A DNA stretch of 48,137 bases, from IMG/VR virus record IMGVR_UViG_3300011438_000004, positions 1 to 48,137 of that record; one strand, 5' to 3'. Made by a program: the position numbers and the translations under genes. This DNA is from a virus. Taxonomy: Duplodnaviria; Caudoviricetes. Position 1 is the stretch's first letter. Every line of letters starts with the position of its first letter. Positions 47,201 to 48,137 of this stretch are shown piece by piece. The notes under the pieces were generated by a model, which did no database searches, was not told the DNA's origin, and saw only the letters and a list, made by a program, of their open reading frames with translations.

Positions 47201-47667
47201 TAAATTCTACAAATCTTATAGTTAGATTACCAGATGCTTATGCTGTAGTAAAGCATTGGGACTTCTTACTAGAAGGTATGCATCAGCTAAACGATCAAAG
47301 ACGTGCGCGGGCTAATTACACTCCTGAATCGTTTTTTAACATGCTGACGAAGGTAGCGACAATGGGAGAACAAGGATTGATTTGCTTATTGACGAGTAAG
47401 AATGATAAACCTTTAGGATTTGGTGTAGGATTTTCCGCAGTAGACTTTAACGGCGATGCGTGCTTCTACGTATGGGCTGCATATTCAAACGCCAAATGCA
47501 AGACAACACTTAACGAACTTTTATCTGCGTGTGAAATGCACGCAAAAACTTTAGAATTCAATTCGGTCAAAATGGCCACCCCACGTATCACAGGTGCAGC
47601 CTTTCGCTTGTTTGAAGAGCGATTAGGTTTTAGCCGTGAATATATTACCTTCAAGAAAAACATATGA
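47197..47667 (+). CDS. GNAT-like fold protein of the podophage tail/ejection module
   Basis: CFYVWAAYS..CEMHAKTLEF..V.MATPR..RLGF; usual position before ejection proteins. Confidence 0.55.
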   Translation: MINSTNLIVRLPDAYAVVKHWDFLLEGMHQLNDQRRARANYTPESFFNMLTKVATMGEQGLICLLTSKNDKPLGFGVGFSAVDFNGDACFYVWAAYSNAKCKTTLNELLSACEMHAKTLEFNSVKMATPRITGAAFRLFEERLGFSREYITFKKNI

Positions 47668-48137
47668 GTGCTGGAGTTTCTAATTCCAAGGGTAAGGAAG
47701 TAACCAATCAAACATCATCCGGCTCTCGTAAAGGGACTTCGTCAACGACTGGCGGCAGTGATGTTACGTTTAACAATGCGTCGACTGGGTTCGAGCAAAC
47801 GCAGGTTCCAGAGTATGCTCAGAAGCTGAACAAACGGATTTTGTTTGAGCGAGTTGGAGATGAAAGTAATGCAAGAGATTTCTTGTCATCGCTTCTTAGT
47901 GATCCGTATTCGGGAGGAACTAGCTCGAATCGGTATGGCGACGCAATCAATCGGTTGTTTGATACTCAGCTAGCGAGAGCGAGAACCGGAGATGCAAGTA
48001 GTAAGGGTATCGCGAAGCAAGGGTTTAGGGAGGCGGCTGCACTTACAGGTGCGCAAGACGCAGCTATCGCGCAAGGAACCGGCGCCGCCAATTCATTGTT
48101 AACCAATGCGAGTCCGTTGGCCAATCTTGATTGGGCT
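47664..48137 (+). CDS. 5' part of the ~315-aa ejection protein (continues through the junction to 597)
   Basis: ATGA overlap at 47664; MSAGVSNSKGKEVTNQTSSG...TQVPEYAQ; open to the window end. Confidence 0.75.
   Translation, partial: MSAGVSNSKGKEVTNQTSSGSRKGTSSTTGGSDVTFNNASTGFEQTQVPEYAQKLNKRILFERVGDESNARDFLSSLLSDPYSGGTSSNRYGDAINRLFDTQLARARTGDASSKGIAKQGFREAAALTGAQDAAIAQGTGAANSLLTNASPLANLDWA

Noticed and set aside
48015-48137. 123-bp terminal repeat as a biological DTR
   Set aside because: It falls in the middle of an ORF that reads through the junction, so it is best explained as assembler circular overlap
1-48137. tRNA genes, integrase/att site, RNA polymerase, introns/inteins, DGR, alternative genetic code
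   Set aside because: None recognised. ORFs tile densely in the standard code, terL and polA motifs are uninterrupted, and no reverse transcriptase was seen. tRNAscan was not run.

Overview
The window is a complete, circularly assembled dsDNA phage genome of about 48,014 bp: bases 1-123 are repeated exactly at 48015-48137. It is podovirus-like, with no recognisable integrase, RNA polymerase or primase. A leftward (-) early/replication block (about 10.3-29.9 kb) encodes a cupin, a DUF3987 ATPase, a RecD/Dda-like helicase, a UDG-exonuclease-PolA fusion, a ParB-methyltransferase fusion, an SSB, a Sak4-like ATPase, a Cas4-like nuclease and many small ORFs. A rightward (+) late block (30.4 kb through the junction to 10.3 kb) encodes terminase, fibres, an amidase, portal, scaffold, an SU10/DUF5309-type capsid protein, tail and ejection proteins. 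The blocks converge on a bidirectional terminator at about 10.3 kb. The most unusual signal is non-genic. A 19-bp motif, GTTGAGGCTA-N5-TAGC, occurs 8 times, mostly 5-6.6 kb apart and twice inside genes. At each copy the + strand appears to switch from C-rich to G-rich regardless of gene strand. This saw-tooth skew suggests fixed, periodic priming/origin sites, possibly an undescribed replication mode. Family assignments come from motif recognition by eye; no database searches were run.
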